The position numbers were made by a program, and so were the translations under genes. From positions 64,001 to 128,000 of the forward strand of contig JBGAML010000006.1 of the NCBI GenBank assembly GCA_044223005.1: a stretch of 64,000 nt of DNA, read 5' to 3'. This DNA is from Candidatus Eiseniibacteriota bacterium. GTDB taxonomy: Bacteria > Eisenbacteria > RBG-16-71-46. Shown piece after piece: positions 40,935-51,323 of this stretch; position 1 is the stretch's first letter, and each line of letters starts with the position of its first letter. Under the pieces are notes generated by a model that saw nothing but the letters and a program-made list of their open reading frames with translations, was not told the origin of the DNA and did no database searches.

Positions 40935-41133
40935 CGTCCCCGGCGGCCTGACCATTCCCGGACGCGCGCGTGGCGCGTTCGTGCCCGCGCTCGTCGCGTT
41001 CGTCGGCGGTTCCGCTGGCGGGGGGAACGGGCGCCGTCTATCGTCCGTCCGTTCCGTGCGCGGAGGGTGCTCCGCGCCGTTCCCCCCATCCGATCGACCG
41101 CGGGCGCAGGCCGTCCGCTGACCGGGAGTCCAC

Positions 41134-42828
41134 GTGAACCGCAATCGCTGGATCGCCGTCGCCGCCGTGCTCGTCGTGGTGGTGCTCGGCGTCGTCTGGA
41201 TGAAGTCCCGGGGGCACAAGGAAGCCCCCAAGTACCGCACCGCCACCGTCGAGCGCGGCGACATCACCGCGACGGTGTCCGCGACGGGCAGCGTGGAGCC
41301 CGTGCTGCAGGTGCAGGTCGGCAGCCAGGTGAGCGGCACGCTCGCGAAGCTCTATGTGGACTACAACTCGCACGTGCGTGCGGGCCAGGTGCTCGCGCAG
41401 CTCGAGACGTCGGCGTTCCGCGCGCGGCTCGCGCAGGCCGAGGCCTCCGTCGCACGCGCGCAGGCCACGCTCACGAACGGCCAGCTGGCGCTCAAGCGCA
41501 CGATCGAGCTGCAGCGCGGCAACTTCGTCGCGCAGGCGGACGTGGACGCCGCGCAGGCGACCGTCGGCCAGCAGCAGGCGGACCTGAAGCAGGCGCAGGC
41601 GGCGCTGCAGTCCGCGCAGGTCGACCTCGGCCACACGACGATCACGTCGCCCATCGACGGCGTCGTGATCTCGCGCTCGATCGACGTGGGCCAGACCGTC
41701 GCCGCGAGCCTGCAGGCGCCGCAGCTGTTCGTGATCGCGAACGACCTGCGGCAGATGCAGGTCGAGACCAAGATCGACGAAGCCGACATCGGCCGCATCC
41801 AGAACGGGCTGCCGGTCGAGTTCACGGTCGACGCGTATCCCGACGTGACGTTCGAGGGCGCCGTGTCGCAGGTGCGCCTCGAGCCGGTCGTCGAGTCCAA
41901 CGTCGTCACGTACACGACCGTCATCTCGACGCGCAACGACGACCTGCGGCTGCGGCCCGGCATGACGGCGAACGTCGTGGTGAAGACCGCGACGCACACC
42001 GGCGTGCTCAAGGTCCCGAACGCGGCACTGCGCTTCAAGCCCGCCGGCGCGAGCGGCCCCGGCGGCAACGGCGGCGGCATGCGCGGCATGGGGGGTGGCG
42101 CGCAAGGCGGTGGCTCGCCGAACGGCGGCTTCCGCCGCGGCTTCGCGGCGCTGCTTTCGCGCGTCGTGCCGAGCGCGTTCGCGCAGGAACCGCCTCCGGG
42201 CGGTCCCGGCGCCGGCGATCGCCGGCCCGCGGATCCGTTCCTGCAGCAGGTGCGCGAGCGCGTGCAGAAGGGTGAGATCACGCGCGAGCAGGCGCGCGAG
42301 CTGATCCGGAAGCACTTCGAGGAACTCGGCGTCGCGCCGCCCGGTGGTCCGGGCGGTCCCGGCGGCCCGCCCGCCGGCGCTCCAGGTGAACCCGGCGCGG
42401 GTGTGGGTGCGCCTCCGGCCGGACGTGGCGCCGAGACCGGCATGCGGCCGCGCGACGCGATGGGTGCGCGGCCCGGCGCGCCGCCCGCGGGCGGCGCGAA
42501 CGGTGCGTGGCGCCGCGGCGGTGCGCGCGACTCGAGCGCGCGCGGCGGCAACGGTGCATGGGGCGCGGGCCGGAACGGCCATGCGCTGCCCGACGGTTTC
42601 CGGCCGGGCGCCGTCTACGTGCTGCGCGACAAGCAGCCGGCCCGCGTGCACGTGCTCTCCGGCATCACCGACGGACAGTTCACCGAGGTGCGCACGGACT
42701 CGCTGAAGGAAGGCGACACGGTGATCGTCGGCCTCGACGTGTCGGCGCAGTCGAAGGGCAGCCTCACGCCACCGCCGGGCATGGGCGGGCCGCAGTTCGG
42801 CCGCCCGGGCGGAGGTGGCCGGCGATGA
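41134..42828 (+). CDS. Efflux periplasmic adaptor (MacA/HlyD-like) with a long Gly/Pro-rich insert
   Basis: VGSQVSG, SPIDGVV, GQTVAAS, DEADIG, LRPGMTA, VPNAALRF. Confidence 0.88.
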   Translation: MNRNRWIAVAAVLVVVVLGVVWMKSRGHKEAPKYRTATVERGDITATVSATGSVEPVLQVQVGSQVSGTLAKLYVDYNSHVRAGQVLAQLETSAFRARLAQAEASVARAQATLTNGQLALKRTIELQRGNFVAQADVDAAQATVGQQQADLKQAQAALQSAQVDLGHTTITSPIDGVVISRSIDVGQTVAASLQAPQLFVIANDLRQMQVETKIDEADIGRIQNGLPVEFTVDAYPDVTFEGAVSQVRLEPVVESNVVTYTTVISTRNDDLRLRPGMTANVVVKTATHTGVLKVPNAALRFKPAGASGPGGNGGGMRGMGGGAQGGGSPNGGFRRGFAALLSRVVPSAFAQEPPPGGPGAGDRRPADPFLQQVRERVQKGEITREQARELIRKHFEELGVAPPGGPGGPGGPPAGAPGEPGAGVGAPPAGRGAETGMRPRDAMGARPGAPPAGGANGAWRRGGARDSSARGGNGAWGAGRNGHALPDGFRPGAVYVLRDKQPARVHVLSGITDGQFTEVRTDSLKEGDTVIVGLDVSAQSKGSLTPPPGMGGPQFGRPGGGGRR

Positions 42829-44045
42829 TGGCGCCCGGGCAGCTCGTCGCTCTGGGCATGCACGCGCTGACGCGCAATCGCATGCGTTCGGCGCTGACGG
42901 TGCTGGGCATCGTGATCGGCGTCGCGGCCGTGATCGCGACGCTCGCGATCGGGCAGGGCGCGCGCTCGGCCGTGCAGGCGCAGATCGCCAATCTCGGCGC
43001 GAACGTGATGACGGTGATGCCCGGCACGGTCACCGCCGGCGGCGCGCGCATGGGCATGGGCGGCGTCACGACCCTGGTGCCCGAGGACGCCGACGCGATC
43101 CTGCGCGAGTGCCCGGCCGTCGCCGCGCTCTCGCCGCAGGTGCGCCGCGGCGCGCAGATCGTCTTCGGTGACCAGAACTGGTCGACCACCGTGCAGGGCG
43201 TTTCGCCGTCCTACCTCGACATCCGCCAGTGGCCGCTCGCGAGCGGCGCGATGTTCACCGACAGTGACGTGCGCGGGTCGGCCAAGGTCTGCGTGCTCGG
43301 CAGCGAAGTGCGCGACCAGCTGTTCGGCACCGACGATCCGGTCGGGCAGGTGATCCGCATCAAGGACATGCCGTTCCGCGTGGTCGGCCTGCTCTCGTCC
43401 AAGGGCGGGCAGGGCATGATGGGCAACCAGGACGACGTGGTGCTCATCCCGTGGACGACCGCGCAGCACAAGCTGGTCGGGATCACCTACCTGCAGAACA
43501 TCAGCCTGTCGGCGGTGAGCGCCGCGCAGGTGCCGGTGGCACAGGAACAGATCACCGAGCTGCTGCGGCAGCGGCACCGCATCCGTCCGGGCGACAACGA
43601 CGACTTCTTCTTCTTCACGCAGCAGGACATCGCCAGCACCGCCGAGACCACGAGCCGGACCATGACGATGCTGCTCGCGAGCATCGCCGCGGTGTCGCTG
43701 CTCGTGGGCGGCATCGGGATCATGAACATCATGCTGGTCTCGGTGACCGAGCGCACCCGCGAGATCGGCATCCGCCGCGCGATCGGCGCCAAGCGGCAGG
43801 ACATCCTGCTGCAGTTCCTCGTCGAGTCGGTGTTCCTCTCGCTCGCCGGGGGCGCGATCGGCGCCGCGATCGGCGTCGGCACCGCGCGTGCGGTGACGTC
43901 GCTCGCGCACTGGCCGACGCAGGTGCAGCCGCAGGTCGTGGTGATCGCGCTCGTGTTCGCGTCGATGGTCGGCGTGTTCTTCGGGTTCTACCCGGCCAAG
44001 CGCGCCGCCGACCTCGACGTGATCGAATCACTGCGCTACGAGTAG
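42825..44045 (+). CDS. MacB/FtsX-like ABC permease
   Basis: RS.LT.LGIVIGV, GGIGIMNIMLVSVTERTREIGIRRAIGA, LRYE. Confidence 0.92.
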   Translation: MMAPGQLVALGMHALTRNRMRSALTVLGIVIGVAAVIATLAIGQGARSAVQAQIANLGANVMTVMPGTVTAGGARMGMGGVTTLVPEDADAILRECPAVAALSPQVRRGAQIVFGDQNWSTTVQGVSPSYLDIRQWPLASGAMFTDSDVRGSAKVCVLGSEVRDQLFGTDDPVGQVIRIKDMPFRVVGLLSSKGGQGMMGNQDDVVLIPWTTAQHKLVGITYLQNISLSAVSAAQVPVAQEQITELLRQRHRIRPGDNDDFFFFTQQDIASTAETTSRTMTMLLASIAAVSLLVGGIGIMNIMLVSVTERTREIGIRRAIGAKRQDILLQFLVESVFLSLAGGAIGAAIGVGTARAVTSLAHWPTQVQPQVVVIALVFASMVGVFFGFYPAKRAADLDVIESLRYE

Positions 44046-44085
44046 CGCGTGCGCGGCGGGCCGGCCACGGCCCGCCGCGCAGGAC

Positions 44086-46713
44086 TCAGCGCACCAGCGC
44101 GATGCGCCGCCGCTCGCGTACGACGCCGTCCACGGCGAGCCGCGCGAAGTAGAGTCCCGGCGCCAGCGTGCGCGGCGCTTCGCCCGCGAGTTCGCGCGTG
44201 CCGGCGGCGCACGGGCCACTCCAGAGCGTCGCGACGCGGCGGCCCTGCACGTCGAGCAGCGCCCAGTCGACGCGTGCGTCGCGGGCGAGCGCGAGGCGCA
44301 GCCGCACGGGGCCGCGCGTCGGGTTGGGGCCGGTGAACGCGATCGCGTCCGCGGGTGCTTCCGGCGCGACGCCCACGTTCGTGTCGTCCGGCCAGTGCAC
44401 GTGGACGTGGTCCACCCACAGGCCGCCGAAGCCGAGGTAGTCGTCGCTGCTCATCCGCACGCGCACGCGCACCGGGCCGGGCGCCGCCGCCGAGAGGTCG
44501 AGCGTGCGCGTCGTCCACGGCGACTCGCCACTCCAGCAGGCGCGGCCGGAGTCGAGGAACGGCGTGCCGCCGAGCACCTGGTGCGTGTAGCCGGGAAGCG
44601 GCTCCACCGGCACCCACGGGCCGCTGCCCACCTGCCACTCGACGACGGCGCCGTCCCACGCGTCCGCGGGATCGGCTTCCTCGAGCGAGTGGCGTTCGTC
44701 GAACGCGAGCGTCGTTCCCGGGACGACGTCGTAGATCCACGGCGTGAAGAGCGCCGCGTCGACGTGCGGCGGGTAAGGGCCGCCGTCGGTGCTGCCGCAC
44801 TTCCACGCCGCGCCGCCGGCGGGCGAGCCGTCGTCGGTGTCGAGATGCCACGCGTCGCGGCCCGACCAGAGCACGGGGAAGTGCTGCCAGCCGGCGGGCG
44901 GGTTCTCGAAATCGTCGTACGCGTCGTGGCCGAGTCGCAGCGTGTCGAAGCCGGCGCGCGACCAGCCCGTGTTCTGCGCCGTCGCCGCGTCGCGCGCGCC
45001 GAAGCGGTAGGCGATCCGGTGCCCGCGCCCGACGCCGGGTGCGAGCGAGGCGACGAACGAATCCGCGCCCGCGGCCGTGGCCGGCGTCACCTGGAGCGGA
45101 CCGCCGTCGGCCGACCATTCGAGCCACACCGCCGCGACACCGAGGTTGTCGCGCACGCGGGCGAGCAGCGGCAGCGGCAGGCGGTCCGCCGACTGGCGCG
45201 GCACGGCGGCGTGCGTCACGACCGGCGGCTCGAGGTCGGGGCCGACCGTGAACGTGAACGGCGCCGCGGGGCCCGCCGCCGGAAGCTGCGCGGCGATGCC
45301 GGCCGAATCGCTCGCCGCCGCGAGCCAGTACTGCACCGTGGTGCCGGCCGGGAACGCCGGGAGCACGGCCGCGAACGAATCCGCGGCCACGGGCGCGAGC
45401 GTCATCGCCTGGTACGGGGCCACCGTGCTGGTGCGCCAGTGCAGCGTCACCGAGCCGGGATCGAGCGCGAGCGGCACGCTTCCGGGTTCGATCCACGCGC
45501 GCACGCCCACCGCCCGCGGAGCGACCGTGTCCTCCGTGTCGCGCAACGGTTCGTGCGCGAGCCGCACGGCGCCGGCCCGCGGCACGAGTGAGACGTCGAC
45601 GCTGCCGCGGCCCTCGGTCGCCGCGGCGAGGCGCGGGGGAAAGAGCGTGCGGATCGCCTGGAGCTTCGCGAGGTCGGCGCCCGACGGGGCCTGGCCCTGC
45701 GGCACCACGAGCACGAACGCGACGCGCCAATGATGCGGCGACGATGCGGCCGCCGGCAGGCGCGGGCCGTTCTGGTTCTCGAGCTCGTCGATCGTCCACG
45801 CCGTCGCACGCCCGAGGCAGCCCACGCCGATCGCCGGCACGGTGGTCGGGCCGTACGCCCCGGGCGGCTCGATCTGCAGCGGATCGTTCACGACCACGAT
45901 CGGCGGCAGTTCGCTGCGGTCGCGCAGGCCCATGAGGTACTGGTCGAGCGCGCCGAAGCGGTCGACCATCGCCGTGGTCACGAACGAGTCCGCCCGCACG
46001 GACGCCCAGTCGAGCCCCTCCATGAACGACGCGTCGGCGTCGGCGAAGAAGCCCCAGTGCTGCAGGTCGCGGCCGAGCAGCGCGGTCGACGGCGTGCCGG
46101 CGGAGTCGACGCGCACGTACGCGAGCCAGCGGTGCCCGAACTCGTGCGCGAGCACGGCCATGGCGCTGTAGACGTCGCCGGACGTGATCACCTGGTCCGG
46201 GTCGGCGGGGTAGCGGGACAGCGAGTTCATGGTGAGGATCGCCTGCAGGTTCGCCGCGCTCCCGAACGCGGCGCCCTGGTCGAAGAGCGGCAGCCCGATC
46301 CCGTGCGTGTCGTTGCGCACCACCCATGCCGCGGCGAGCGCGCCGTCGGAACCGAACCACTCGAGCGGACCGCTCGCCTCGTAGAGCGCGAGGAAATCGT
46401 AGTCGTCGCCATGCGTGCGGTAGAAGGCCCGCGAGACGGCGGCGACGTCGACGAGGCGGTGGCCGTCGCGGTCGGTGTACACGAACGTGCCGTCGTCCTC
46501 GAGCACGGCGAGGTCGCCGACATCGACCGAGAGCGGCGCGGCGGCCGGCGCGGGCGCGTCGCCGCGCGCCGCAGCGGCGCTCGCGCCGGCGCCGGCCGCG
46601 CGGGCGGGCGAGACGTTCCACGCGTGGCGCAACGCGGGCACGTCCGGCGCCGCGTGGGCGAGCGGGGCGAGCAGCGTGGCGGCGAGGAGGACGATCACCG
46701 GGACGGGGCGCAC
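44086..46713 (-). CDS. Secreted zinc metalloprotease-like protein with T9SS-like CTD; start uncertain
   Basis: Signal peptide, HEFGH.W zincin motif, Ig-like repeats, GPNP...DVQGRRV...PGLYFARL CTD. Confidence 0.75.
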   Translation of the reverse strand: MRPVPVIVLLAATLLAPLAHAAPDVPALRHAWNVSPARAAGAGASAAAARGDAPAPAAAPLSVDVGDLAVLEDDGTFVYTDRDGHRLVDVAAVSRAFYRTHGDDYDFLALYEASGPLEWFGSDGALAAAWVVRNDTHGIGLPLFDQGAAFGSAANLQAILTMNSLSRYPADPDQVITSGDVYSAMAVLAHEFGHRWLAYVRVDSAGTPSTALLGRDLQHWGFFADADASFMEGLDWASVRADSFVTTAMVDRFGALDQYLMGLRDRSELPPIVVVNDPLQIEPPGAYGPTTVPAIGVGCLGRATAWTIDELENQNGPRLPAAASSPHHWRVAFVLVVPQGQAPSGADLAKLQAIRTLFPPRLAAATEGRGSVDVSLVPRAGAVRLAHEPLRDTEDTVAPRAVGVRAWIEPGSVPLALDPGSVTLHWRTSTVAPYQAMTLAPVAADSFAAVLPAFPAGTTVQYWLAAASDSAGIAAQLPAAGPAAPFTFTVGPDLEPPVVTHAAVPRQSADRLPLPLLARVRDNLGVAAVWLEWSADGGPLQVTPATAAGADSFVASLAPGVGRGHRIAYRFGARDAATAQNTGWSRAGFDTLRLGHDAYDDFENPPAGWQHFPVLWSGRDAWHLDTDDGSPAGGAAWKCGSTDGGPYPPHVDAALFTPWIYDVVPGTTLAFDERHSLEEADPADAWDGAVVEWQVGSGPWVPVEPLPGYTHQVLGGTPFLDSGRACWSGESPWTTRTLDLSAAAPGPVRVRVRMSSDDYLGFGGLWVDHVHVHWPDDTNVGVAPEAPADAIAFTGPNPTRGPVRLRLALARDARVDWALLDVQGRRVATLWSGPCAAGTRELAGEAPRTLAPGLYFARLAVDGVVRERRRIALVR

Positions 46714-46843
46714 GGGGAGAAGTCTACCCAAACCGCGGTCCGGCGCGGCAGCGCGTTTCGCGCCCGGTCCGGGACGTGGCGGGCCGCGGGCCGATGGTAT
46801 AGTCCCGTGTCCGTACGAGCGGTCCGACCCGAGAGAGCCCCGA

Positions 46844-48127
46844 GTGAAACCCGACTGGCACCGTCTCAAGGCCGTGGTGCTCGAGAGCGACGACTGGGGA
46901 CTCTGCGCGTGGGTGCCCGACGCCGAGGCGCATGCGCGGCTCGCGCGCCAGCCCGCGTTCGCGAGCGAGCCTGGCCGCCGCTACGGCCGCTCGACGCTCG
47001 AGTCCGCCGCCGACGTGCAGGAACTGGCGGCGACGCTGCTCGAGTTCCGCGGCGCCGACGGCGTGCCGCCGGCGCTGCAGGCGAACACGATCCTCGCCTC
47101 GCCCGACTGGCCGCACGTGACGCCGCCGTTCACCGAGGGCTCGCTGGCGCTGCGTTCGCTCGGCACCTATCAGGGCCGCTGGGCGCGGCCCGGGCTGCTG
47201 CAGGCCATGCTCGACGCGATCGCGGCGGGGGCGTGGTGGCCGGAGCTGCACGGCCTGCACCACATTCCCGAGGACGCGTGGCTCGCGGCGCTGCGCCGCG
47301 GCGATCCGGATGCCCGCGCGGCGCTGGCGGAAGAGAGCCTGCTCTGCGCGGCGGTCGAGGCGAGCGGCGAGTACGACCCGCGCGAGTCGCGCACGACGCG
47401 CGAGCGCAACCTGCGGATCGCGCTCGCCCGGTTCGTCGCGCTCTTCGGCCGCGTGCCCGACTCGTTCTGCCCGCCCGACTACCGCGCCGACGCGTGGCTC
47501 GAGCAGGAGGCCCGCACGCTCGGCGTCGCGACGATCCAGGGCGCGCACGAACGCGACCCGAGCCTGCTCGGCGCGCTGCGGCGCCGCTTCGCGCCGGCGC
47601 CGTTCCCGTTCGAGCGCCACGGGTTGTTCGTCATGCCGGCGCGCACGGCGTTCGAGCCGCGCGGCGACGGCTCCGGCGCGGGGCGCGTCGGGGTCGCGGC
47701 CGCGCACGCGGCCGCGCACCGGGCGTGGGCCGCCGGCCGGCCGCTCGTGCTCTCGACGCACCGTCTCAACTACGCGCACCTCGACTCGGCCTGGTCCGCC
47801 GCCGGCCGGGCGGCGCTCCGTTCGCTGCTCGGTGCCCTCGCGGCCGACGGCGCGTCGTTCTGGGTCGACGCCGAGGTGCGCGAACTGGCGGCGCGCGGCT
47901 GGTCGGTGCGCGGGGTGGGGCCGCGGGCGGCCCTGCTGCGGATCGCGGTCCCGACCGCGGACGGCGCGCCGATCCGCGTGCCCGCACCGGCGTACGCGAG
48001 TCGCGCCCGGCTGCTGCCGATACCGGGACCGCCGGCGGACGGACGGGAGTCGATCGCCGTCGCCGGCGGCGCCGCGGAGGTGCACGCCTCCCCGGGCGCG
48101 TGGCGGATCGAGTGGGAGGGCGCATGA
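46844..48127 (+). CDS. Polysaccharide deacetylase-like protein
   Basis: ESDDWG, LHGLHH, F.PP, STHRLNY motifs. Confidence 0.55.
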   Translation: MKPDWHRLKAVVLESDDWGLCAWVPDAEAHARLARQPAFASEPGRRYGRSTLESAADVQELAATLLEFRGADGVPPALQANTILASPDWPHVTPPFTEGSLALRSLGTYQGRWARPGLLQAMLDAIAAGAWWPELHGLHHIPEDAWLAALRRGDPDARAALAEESLLCAAVEASGEYDPRESRTTRERNLRIALARFVALFGRVPDSFCPPDYRADAWLEQEARTLGVATIQGAHERDPSLLGALRRRFAPAPFPFERHGLFVMPARTAFEPRGDGSGAGRVGVAAAHAAAHRAWAAGRPLVLSTHRLNYAHLDSAWSAAGRAALRSLLGALAADGASFWVDAEVRELAARGWSVRGVGPRAALLRIAVPTADGAPIRVPAPAYASRARLLPIPGPPADGRESIAVAGGAAEVHASPGAWRIEWEGA

Positions 48128-48885
48128 GTTCGCCGTGGCGCCGGCTCACCTCGGGTGGTTCGGGACGCGTGTCGTTCTGGAAGTTCAACTGGCTCGCGAA
48201 CCACAAGGTGCTCGCGGCCGTCCGGCGTGCCGGGCGGCACGCCCGCGGGACGCTGCTCGACGTGGGCTGCGGCTCGATGCCCTTCGCGTCCGCGCTCGCA
48301 GGGCGCGTGAGCCGTTACGTCGGCGTCGACCTGCCCGGCTCGCACGACTTCTGGGGCGCGCACCCGCACGCTTACGGTCGCGCCGAGCAGCTGCCCTTCC
48401 GCGACGGCGCGTTCGACACGGTGCTGTCGCTCTCGCTGCTCAACTACCTGCCGGAGCCCGGCGCGATGATCGCCGAGGCGCACCGGCTGCTGAAGCCCGG
48501 CGGGATGCTGCTGCTCGAGTTCCCGCAGACGCTGCCGCTCGACGACGTGGATCGCGACTACTTCCGGTTCACCCGTCACGCGGCCGACCTGCTGCTCCGG
48601 CGCAACGGCTTCGAGCCGGTGGAGTTCCTGCCGATCGGCAGCCTGCCGGCGCGCGTCGGGCTGTCGATGATCGATGCATTACGCAAGCTGAACCGCGGCC
48701 CCACCCGGATCCTCACCGAATTGCCGGTCCGCCTGCTCTACGTGATCATCCAATTGGTGGCGGAAGCCCTCGACCGCCTGCTGTTCAACCCGGACGAAGT
48801 GCTCGCGCACCTCGTCGTCGCACGCCGGCTGCCCGCCCAGGGAGCGGTTCACGATCCCTTGACCGCGCCGGGCGCACGCGACTAG
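48124..48885 (+). CDS. Class I SAM-dependent methyltransferase
   Basis: LLDVGCG, LPF.D..FD, LKPGG. Confidence 0.85.
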   Translation: MSSPWRRLTSGGSGRVSFWKFNWLANHKVLAAVRRAGRHARGTLLDVGCGSMPFASALAGRVSRYVGVDLPGSHDFWGAHPHAYGRAEQLPFRDGAFDTVLSLSLLNYLPEPGAMIAEAHRLLKPGGMLLLEFPQTLPLDDVDRDYFRFTRHAADLLLRRNGFEPVEFLPIGSLPARVGLSMIDALRKLNRGPTRILTELPVRLLYVIIQLVAEALDRLLFNPDEVLAHLVVARRLPAQGAVHDPLTAPGARD

Positions 48886-48896
48886 CCTCTTTCGCC

Positions 48897-50645
48897 ATGC
48901 AATCCCCGCGCACCACCGCTCCGCCGCCCGTGGTCCGGCTCCTGCCGCAGCTCGCCGACTACGCCGCCCGCCAGTATGGAGACTCGCCGTTCCTCCTGCG
49001 CCGCAGTGGCGACGGGTGGACCGGCTTCACGTTCGCCCAGGCCGCCCGCGCCACGCACTCGTTCACCGCGCTCCTCGAGCGCGTCGGTGTGCGGCCCGGC
49101 GACCGCGTGGGCCTGCAGAGCGAGAACCGTCCGGAGTGGGGGCTCGCGTACCTCGCGATCCTCGAAGCCGGTGGCGTCGTGGTGCCGCTCGACGCGCAGC
49201 TCAAGGCGCAGGAGGTGGGCGAGATCCTCGCGACCGCCGGCGCGCGCTTCATCGTCACCAGCGCTCGGCTGATGTCGGTCGCCGACGCGGTGCGCTCGAC
49301 GCGCCTGCCCGACCTGGGCGTGATCTCGCTCGATCCCGCCGAGGGCCTGCCGACGTGGGAGGAGGCCCAGCGCCAGTTCCCCGACGAGAAGGCGCGCGAA
49401 CCGCGCGCCGACGCCGGCGACCTCGCCGTGATCATCTTCACCTCGGGCACGACGGGGCAGGCGAAGGGCGTCATGCTCTCGCACATGAACCTGCTCTCCA
49501 ACGCCGAGGGCGTGGCCCGCTCGTTCGACGTGGGGCCGGGCGACCGGATGCTCAGCATCCTGCCCATGCACCATACGCTCGAGTGCACGATCGGCTTCCT
49601 CTGCCCGCTGCGCATGGGCGCCAGCGTCGCGTACGCGCGCGGGCTCGACTCCAAGCAGCTGCGCGAGGACATGCGCGGCTCGGGCGCGACGATCTTCGTC
49701 GCGGTGCCGCTGCTCTACGAGAAGCTGCTGACCGCGATCCATCGCGGCATCGAGGACCTGCCCACGCCGCGGAAGCTGCTCGTGAACTCGCTCTTCTGGG
49801 CGACCCGGCTCGTGCGCTGGGGCACGCGCGCGCGCATCGGCAAGTCGCTGCTGCGTCCCGTGCGCGAGAAGGCGGGCCTCGACAAGATCCGCATCTTCGC
49901 CTGCGGCGCGGCGCCGCTCGCCCCCGAGGTGTTCTGGGGCTTCACCGACTTCGGCTGGACGATGGTCGAGGGCTACGGCCTGACCGAGACGAGCCCGGTC
50001 GTGACGTTCAACCTGCCGTCGCGCTCGCGCCCGGGCGGCGTCGGCTGGCCCATGGTCGGCATCGAGGTGCGCATCGACTCGCCCGACGCCGAAGGCAACG
50101 GCGAGATCGCCGTGCGCGGGCCCAACGTCATGCTCGGCTACTACGGGAATCCCGAGGCGACCGCCGAGGTGCTGCGGGACGGCTGGTTCTACACGGGCGA
50201 CCTCGGGCGCTTCCTGCCCGACGGCCGCGTCCGGATCACCGGCCGGCTCAAGAACATGATCGCGACCGCCGCGGGCAAGAAGATCTATCCCGAGGAGATC
50301 GAGATCCAGCTCGGCGACAGCCCGTACGTGCTCGAGGTCGTCGTCGCGGCGGGCAAGGACGCGCGCGGAGAGCGCGAAGAGGTGCACGCGCACATCTACC
50401 CGAACCTGCCCGAGCTCGAACTGCTCGCGCGGGCGCAGAACAAGACCTGCGACGACGCGTTCGTCGAGGAGACCCTGCGCACGCACGTCGACGCGCGCTG
50501 CGAAGCACTCGCGCCCTACAAGCGCGTCAAGCGGGTGATCGTGCGCAAGCAGGAGTTCCCCAAGACGACGACGGGGAAGATCAAGCGCCAGAACCTCTCC
50601 GCCGACGCCAACGCCGCTCCGGTGCGCGCGGCGGGCGTGGCCTGA
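48897..50645 (+). CDS. Long-chain fatty acid-CoA ligase (AMP-binding)
   Basis: FTSGTTGQAKG, EGYGLTE, TGDLG, GRLKN, PKTTTGK. Confidence 0.88.
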   Translation: MQSPRTTAPPPVVRLLPQLADYAARQYGDSPFLLRRSGDGWTGFTFAQAARATHSFTALLERVGVRPGDRVGLQSENRPEWGLAYLAILEAGGVVVPLDAQLKAQEVGEILATAGARFIVTSARLMSVADAVRSTRLPDLGVISLDPAEGLPTWEEAQRQFPDEKAREPRADAGDLAVIIFTSGTTGQAKGVMLSHMNLLSNAEGVARSFDVGPGDRMLSILPMHHTLECTIGFLCPLRMGASVAYARGLDSKQLREDMRGSGATIFVAVPLLYEKLLTAIHRGIEDLPTPRKLLVNSLFWATRLVRWGTRARIGKSLLRPVREKAGLDKIRIFACGAAPLAPEVFWGFTDFGWTMVEGYGLTETSPVVTFNLPSRSRPGGVGWPMVGIEVRIDSPDAEGNGEIAVRGPNVMLGYYGNPEATAEVLRDGWFYTGDLGRFLPDGRVRITGRLKNMIATAAGKKIYPEEIEIQLGDSPYVLEVVVAAGKDARGEREEVHAHIYPNLPELELLARAQNKTCDDAFVEETLRTHVDARCEALAPYKRVKRVIVRKQEFPKTTTGKIKRQNLSADANAAPVRAAGVA

Positions 50646-50664
50646 CGGCGGGCGCGCCGCCGGC

Positions 50665-51078
50665 TCACTTCCTCTTCGCCGGCCGGGCGCCCTTCACGGC
50701 CTTCGCCGCGACGCTCTCCGCCGTCCAGACCACGCCGCCGTCGCGCCCGATCTCGACGCGGTGGCGCATGTGCACCGGGCCCGTGATCACGCGCCCGCCG
50801 TTCCAGGCGAGTTCGCTGTCGGCCCCGGCCCACTGCCAGTGCAGCGCCAGCGTGCCGTCTCCGCGCACCGGGAAGGGGAACGCCACGCTCGCACCCGCGG
50901 GGAGCGTGTCCGCGGTGAACGACTGGTGCGCGACCTCGAGCCGGAGCAGGCGCACGGGCTGGCCGGAATGGTTGACGACGACCGCGACGTCACGCGGGGG
51001 CCGGTGCGCGTCCGCCCACCATTTCCCCGCGAGAACCAAGACGAGCGCGAGAACGGCGAGGACGATCGGGCGGCGCAT
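50665..51078 (-). CDS. Hypothetical membrane-anchored/secreted protein
   Basis: N-terminal hydrophobic segment followed by a beta-rich body. Confidence 0.5.
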   Translation of the reverse strand: MRRPIVLAVLALVLVLAGKWWADAHRPPRDVAVVVNHSGQPVRLLRLEVAHQSFTADTLPAGASVAFPFPVRGDGTLALHWQWAGADSELAWNGGRVITGPVHMRHRVEIGRDGGVVWTAESVAAKAVKGARPAKRK

Positions 51079-51323
51079 GCAAGTACTCCGTTGGCGGGGA
51101 ATTCGGCGTGGCGTTGCCGTGGCGGAAGGGTCCGGCTGCACTCTAGCGCATCGCGCGCGCACCCGAAGGCCGCGTCGGGGCTCTCGACGTGCGCCCGTGT
51201 TGACGATATAGATTCCACGGCTTCGAGTCCCCGGCGATCCTGCGCCGTCCCCCCCGGCGGAGCCGTTTGCACGCGTCCGGCCCCGTGCGGGGCCCCGATG
51301 GTGAGCGGACGGAGGATCGATCG

